Of a stretch of DNA of 64,000 nt, positions 59,596 through 64,000 are shown in pieces. Each line of letters starts with the position of its first letter. Position 1 is the first letter of the stretch. This DNA is from Alloprevotella sp. (GTDB lineage Bacteria; Bacteroidota; Bacteroidia; Bacteroidales; Bacteroidaceae), in the NCBI GenBank assembly GCA_045600685.1, contig JAZRYH010000081.1:4365-68364 (forward strand), written 5' to 3'. The notes below the pieces were generated by a model, which saw nothing but the letters and a program-made list of their open reading frames with translations, did no database searches and had not been told where the DNA came from. Position numbers and translations under genes: made by a program.

Positions 59596-60015
59596 ATGTT
59601 TATCACGGATGAAGACTACAAAGTGGTCATCGGCGACCAGGCACTCAAAGTCGTCTCACAGGTCAGTCAGGACAACCGCGCCAATGCCGAGACAGAAGCC
59701 ATTGAAGAAATCAGCGGATACCTCCGGCCTAAATATGACACCGAGGCCGTTTTCTCGGCATCGGGTACCGAACGCAACCGACTTGTCGTCATGTACACTT
59801 GCGACATTGCTCTCTATCACATGGCAGCCAGTGCACCCCAGAAGATGGGCATGGAGATTCGCAAGGAACGATATGAACGTGCCGTCAAGTGGCTTGAAGG
59901 CGTGCAATCCGGGAAAATCGTTCCAGACCTTCCCATCACCACCGACGACGAAGGCAACCCACTCGGATTCCCTATGGTATATGGAGCACAAAAAAAACTC
60001 AGACACAACTGGTAG
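59596..60015 (+). CDS. Mu gp36-like (DUF1320) head-tail adaptor
   Basis: EISGYL..KYD, DIALYH, RYERAVKWL. Confidence 0.82.
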   Translation: MFITDEDYKVVIGDQALKVVSQVSQDNRANAETEAIEEISGYLRPKYDTEAVFSASGTERNRLVVMYTCDIALYHMAASAPQKMGMEIRKERYERAVKWLEGVQSGKIVPDLPITTDDEGNPLGFPMVYGAQKKLRHNW

Positions 60016-60018
60016 AAT

Positions 60019-61350
60019 ATGGCAAAAAATAAAAAAAATACCAATCAAATGCTGGTGCGTACGCCCTTCGGAACGCTGCGACTGGCTAAGAAGGAGGCAC
60101 AGCGCTTCAAGAAAACGGTCATGGAACTGCAGCGCACCACAGACTCCCTCACACGAAAGGACATGGGCGACTGGCGCCAGGCATGGCAACGCGCCATCAA
60201 TATCGACAGTCCTAACCGACAGCCACTCTACGACATCTACCGAGATGTCGATGTGGACCTCCATCTTTCCGGATGCATACAGCAGCGCGAAGGATTTGTA
60301 CTCTCACGCTCTTTCAAACTCGTAAACGAAAAAGGAGACGAGGACGAGGAGGCTGCCAATTATTTCAACACCTCATGGTTCAAACTACTCATGAAGCTCG
60401 CCCTCGATGCCAATTATTGGGGGCACTCCCTCATAGAACTGGGAGGTGTTACCACAGACATCAACGGACGGCTCACCTACGATGGCGTAAACCTCATTCC
60501 GCGCAAGCATGTCATTCCTGAATACCACCGCGTCATCACCGACCTAGGGCAGGACTGGAAATCCGGTATCGACTATCATGAGCCACCTTTCGCCGACTGG
60601 CTCATCGAGGTCGGACAGCCCGACAGTCTCGGACTCTACCTCAAGGCAGCCACCCAGACAATACCCAAGAAGAACGCACTCGCCTTCTGGGATACCTTCG
60701 CTGAAATCTTTGGGATGCCTATGCGCATAGCACGCACCACGTCCCGAGATGACAAGGAACTCGCACGCATGGAAAAGATGATGGCCGACATGGGGACCGA
60801 GGGATGGGGTATCTTCCAGCAGGGCACCGAAATTGAGGTCGTCGAGTCATCCAAGGGCGACGCCTTCAATGTCTATGACAAGCGTATCGACCGCGCCAAC
60901 TCCGAACTCTCAAAGCTCATCATCGGGCAGACCATGACCATAGAGGACGGAAGCAGCTTATCACAGTCGGAAACGCATCTTGAGGTCTTCCAAAACCTTG
61001 TCGAGGCTGACTGCGACACACTGCGCGACATGGTCAACAACCAGCTCATACCTCACATGATTCGCCACGGGTTCCCGCTCGCAGGCATTCACTTTGACTG
61101 GGACTACTCCGTGGACTACACACCTGAACAGCAGGTGGCCTATGAGTCCATGGTGCTTGGCGAATATGAGGTTGACCCTGCCTATTTCGAGGAGAAATAC
61201 AATATGCCGGTAGGTGAGCGCAGGCAGCAGCTTCCGCCTGTCGCCCCGACAGAGCCCACACAGGACGGCGAAGACACCGAAGACGGTGAAACACCCAAGC
61301 CAGGCAAAAAGACGCGACAGGAAAGAAATGTGCACCTTTTTTTCGACTGA
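60019..61350 (+). CDS. Portal protein (Mu gp29/DUF935-like)
   Basis: FAEIFGMP, ELSKLIIGQTMT, SQSETH. Confidence 0.88.
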   Translation: MAKNKKNTNQMLVRTPFGTLRLAKKEAQRFKKTVMELQRTTDSLTRKDMGDWRQAWQRAINIDSPNRQPLYDIYRDVDVDLHLSGCIQQREGFVLSRSFKLVNEKGDEDEEAANYFNTSWFKLLMKLALDANYWGHSLIELGGVTTDINGRLTYDGVNLIPRKHVIPEYHRVITDLGQDWKSGIDYHEPPFADWLIEVGQPDSLGLYLKAATQTIPKKNALAFWDTFAEIFGMPMRIARTTSRDDKELARMEKMMADMGTEGWGIFQQGTEIEVVESSKGDAFNVYDKRIDRANSELSKLIIGQTMTIEDGSSLSQSETHLEVFQNLVEADCDTLRDMVNNQLIPHMIRHGFPLAGIHFDWDYSVDYTPEQQVAYESMVLGEYEVDPAYFEEKYNMPVGERRQQLPPVAPTEPTQDGEDTEDGETPKPGKKTRQERNVHLFFD

Positions 61351-61472
61351 GCCCCAGTGACTACCTGGGGCTGCATGAACGATATGCGAGCCTTCTGGGC
61401 GACAAGACGCTGCAGGCTGCCTTCAGCCGCGAAGATGAAATACGGGGCGAACTCTCACGTCTCTTCGAGGGA

Positions 61473-62666
61473 ATGATGCAGACGCTCTACAAAGTGGAGG
61501 GGGCACAGTTCCGCATAGAACTCCTCGAGACACCGAAGATGCAGGAGTTCATCAACACACATGCAGAGGCTCTCGATTCTTCGTTCACGCAGGTTCCCAT
61601 GTCCGAGACCATGCGCCAGAGGCTCCAACGATCCAACTATATCTTCTCCGGGCTCAAAACGTTCCACGAACTCGGCGAAGCATTCCCCTCTCTCATCGAT
61701 GAGAACGGCAACAGAAAGCCATTCGAACAGTTCTTGAATGACGTTCAAAAGATTGACCGCACCTACAACCAGAACTACCTTCGCGCCGAATACAACTTCT
61801 GCCAGGCTTCTGCCGACATGGCTGCCAAGTGGGAAGGTTTCATGCAGGACGGCGACCGTTACAACCTCCAGTACCGCACACAGCGCGACAAGAAGGTCAG
61901 ACCGGCACATGCCGCCCTCGACCGTGTCACACTGCCCATCACTGACCCCTTCTGGCAGGAGTATTATCCGCCCAATGGATGGAACTGCCGATGCACGGTC
62001 GTACAGGTACGCAAATCAAAATACCCCGTAACGCCGCACGATGAGGCAATGGCACTCGGCGAGGAAGCCACAGCGGGCGACACGCGGGGCATCTTCCACT
62101 TCAATCCTGGAATTGAGCAGAAGACATTCCCAGACTACAACCCCTACACCATACGCCAGTGCAGGGACTGTGATATCGCCCAAGGGAAAATAAAACTGGA
62201 TTTTGTGCCAAGCAACTTATTGTGCGATGGTTGCCGGTTCATCCATGAGTGTTATGAGAACAGGGCCAAGTCAGAGAATAGGGTGCTTAAAGATCATTAT
62301 ATGCACGAAATGGAACCGCTGCTCAGTGTTAAGCACATGATGTCAACAGGGTCCTCTAATCCTGACATCAGAGTCGGTTTCACGAAAATAGGCAACGAGC
62401 ATCTTTACTCTGATACTTTCGGACGGTCAAAGGTTCTCAGAAAGGAAGACCTAAAATCACTTGACCAACTGCTCACACAAGCCACCTATATTGACGACAA
62501 CGATGCCTATGGCCACAAATACAACATTGAGCACTTCTACTATTATGAAGCAGAATTGCACGGTCATAAAATAAGGTTGAATGTTGCTAAAGAGGTTAGA
62601 ACATACACAAATGGAAAGACCCGAATAAAGTTCTATCTCTACTCCATCAATGACATAAAAGAATAA
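61473..62666 (+). CDS. MuF (Mu gp30-like) minor head protein with C-terminal extension
   Basis: YLRAEY, DKKVRPAH, YPPNGWNCRC; frame is open upstream to the portal end. Confidence 0.9.
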   Translation: MMQTLYKVEGAQFRIELLETPKMQEFINTHAEALDSSFTQVPMSETMRQRLQRSNYIFSGLKTFHELGEAFPSLIDENGNRKPFEQFLNDVQKIDRTYNQNYLRAEYNFCQASADMAAKWEGFMQDGDRYNLQYRTQRDKKVRPAHAALDRVTLPITDPFWQEYYPPNGWNCRCTVVQVRKSKYPVTPHDEAMALGEEATAGDTRGIFHFNPGIEQKTFPDYNPYTIRQCRDCDIAQGKIKLDFVPSNLLCDGCRFIHECYENRAKSENRVLKDHYMHEMEPLLSVKHMMSTGSSNPDIRVGFTKIGNEHLYSDTFGRSKVLRKEDLKSLDQLLTQATYIDDNDAYGHKYNIEHFYYYEAELHGHKIRLNVAKEVRTYTNGKTRIKFYLYSINDIKE

Positions 62667-62743
62667 GCACCGAAGGCGGCAGTTAGGATTACTATGTCCA
62701 GGTAACCATTCCTTCGATGCTTTTTCTGCCTGCAAAATTACAA

Positions 62744-62782
62744 AAAAATCCGCTACTTCCAACAAAAGTAGCGGACTTTTTT
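62744..62782. terminator. Bidirectional terminator between convergent phage operons
   Basis: TCCGCTACTT/AAGTAGCGGA stem flanked by A and T runs. Confidence 0.8.
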
Positions 62783-62806
62783 CATTTTTAGGCTGTTTTT
62801 CTGGCT

Positions 62807-63301
62807 TTATAGGCTTTTTATGGCCACGCATTGGTAAGTTTCGATGTTTTCTATCACATCTTCATGGTTGTGGTTCGTGCTGCTCCCTACAAGGTCAAAC
62901 TCCATAAACGTCTCGCCATTCATGCAGATCAGGGCCGCGTGCATCTCCTCCATCAGGTCGAACACCTCAAGGCTCTTCCCGAGGAAAGCACTCTCGGAAC
63001 TGCTGCTTCCCTGCCAGTCTGTCACCACATGAAGGTTCACAGTCGGCTCCGCACGATATTCCACGCCGTTCCGAATGGCGTTCCACTGGATAGGCTGAAA
63101 CTCCACAAACACTGCGGGGCGTTCCCAGTTCTCTTCCTGCTCGATGAACTCCACATTGTGATTCCACAGGTCGATGTACTTTATCGCACGCTCCCAACCT
63201 TCAGGAACTTCTTCCCCTGGTTCGACTACGACAAAACCATTTGGTGTGCTGTAAATGCTTGACAAACGCTCAATGAGCATGTTGTATAGTTCTTTTCTCA
63301 T
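62807..63301 (-). CDS. Phage protein, possibly tail terminator
   Basis: 164-aa ORF after the gpG-like gene; PAVFVEF motif. Confidence 0.6.
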   Translation of the reverse strand: MRKELYNMLIERLSSIYSTPNGFVVVEPGEEVPEGWERAIKYIDLWNHNVEFIEQEENWERPAVFVEFQPIQWNAIRNGVEYRAEPTVNLHVVTDWQGSSSSESAFLGKSLEVFDLMEEMHAALICMNGETFMEFDLVGSSTNHNHEDVIENIETYQCVAIKSL

Positions 63302-63389
63302 TGTCTTTTTTGTTTTTTTGTTCAGTGCGGCGAGGCATTGCCTTGCCGTTTCCGTCTTCAGTCAGGGCAGCCGTGAATGGCTGCCTTCA

Positions 63390-63953
63390 TCACGATTCAC
63401 GAATTTCAAAATTGATTGCTTCCTCAATGTAACCGTTCAGGTTCTCCTCGATGATGCTGCGCACGGCTTCCTCCACTTCGGGACTGGTACCCAAGAACCT
63501 TCGTCTCGGTATCTTGATAGTCGTGCCGGCTTTCTTCAGGGCCATAAACTTCCAGAAAGCGGCTTCATCGCTCAACTGTACTGTGCGCTTGTCGTTGCGC
63601 TTGCTGCCGTCTTTCTTCCTGCCAAACGAACCGGTCGCCTCGTAGTATTTGTGCCAGAAGTATTTCTTCATACGCGTTGTCACCACGATTTCTCCGCCTT
63701 CATTGTGGATGGCCGCATAGGGCTCGGTCGTGAAGAACGTGATGCTGTTCTCCGTCATCCGGCTCTGGATGCTGCGGCGCAACTGGCCTGTGGCCACCAG
63801 TATGTGGCCGTCACGCCGCACAGGGCTGCGCCGACGCTGCCACGCTTCGGAGAAAAAGGCCTCGCGCTCAAAGTTCTGGTCGAACTCGTCGGCCATTTCC
63901 ACCTGGATGTCCTTAAGGATCCTTCCTAAAATAGCTCGGGTCTCTGACTTCAT
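63390..63953 (-). CDS. Phage virion morphogenesis protein (Mu gpG-like)
   Basis: NFEREAF, TGQLRRSI, YAAIHNEG, IPRRRFLG. Confidence 0.85.
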   Translation of the reverse strand: MKSETRAILGRILKDIQVEMADEFDQNFEREAFFSEAWQRRRSPVRRDGHILVATGQLRRSIQSRMTENSITFFTTEPYAAIHNEGGEIVVTTRMKKYFWHKYYEATGSFGRKKDGSKRNDKRTVQLSDEAAFWKFMALKKAGTTIKIPRRRFLGTSPEVEEAVRSIIEENLNGYIEEAINFEIRES

Positions 63954-64000
63954 CTTCGGGGTATAATAACTCTGGGAATAAAAAGCCCTCTGCTGAAAGC

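Larger units (their letters stand above)
31423..64000. mobile_element. Mu-like (transposable-type) prophage, continuing beyond the window
   Basis: Mu-type portal, MuF, gp36-like and gpG-like genes with terminase, capsid, tail and lysis modules; left boundary inferred; transposase not in the window. Confidence 0.88.

Noticed and set aside
42802-64000. Second DGR target
   Set aside because: No further TR-like sequence noticed by eye; an alignment search is needed to exclude it

Overview
Bacteroidales-type (Prevotella-like) DNA in three parts. (1) About 1-27.9 kb is GC-rich host backbone: GH89, GH5 and GH92 glycosidases, an Sfp-type PPTase, mlaEF, recR, fur, an SF1 helicase, purM, trmH, fmt, mutY, manC, ruvC, queD/queE and a Fic gene. 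It is dense in G/C-run palindromic repeats, several of which sit in frame inside housekeeping genes or supply their start or stop codons. (2) About 27.9-31.4 kb is an AT-rich islet of outer-membrane and lipoprotein genes plus an HTH gene. (3) From about 31.42 kb to the window end is a Mu-like prophage. It carries a thymidylate-synthase homolog with Asp at the dUMP-specifying Asn next to a Dam-like methylase, a diversity-generating retroelement (RT, TR, and VR at the end of a 2290-aa tail protein; all mismatches at TR adenines), tail, lysis and head modules, and a predicted -1 frameshift fusing portal to MuF. All calls come from reading motifs by eye; no database searches were run.
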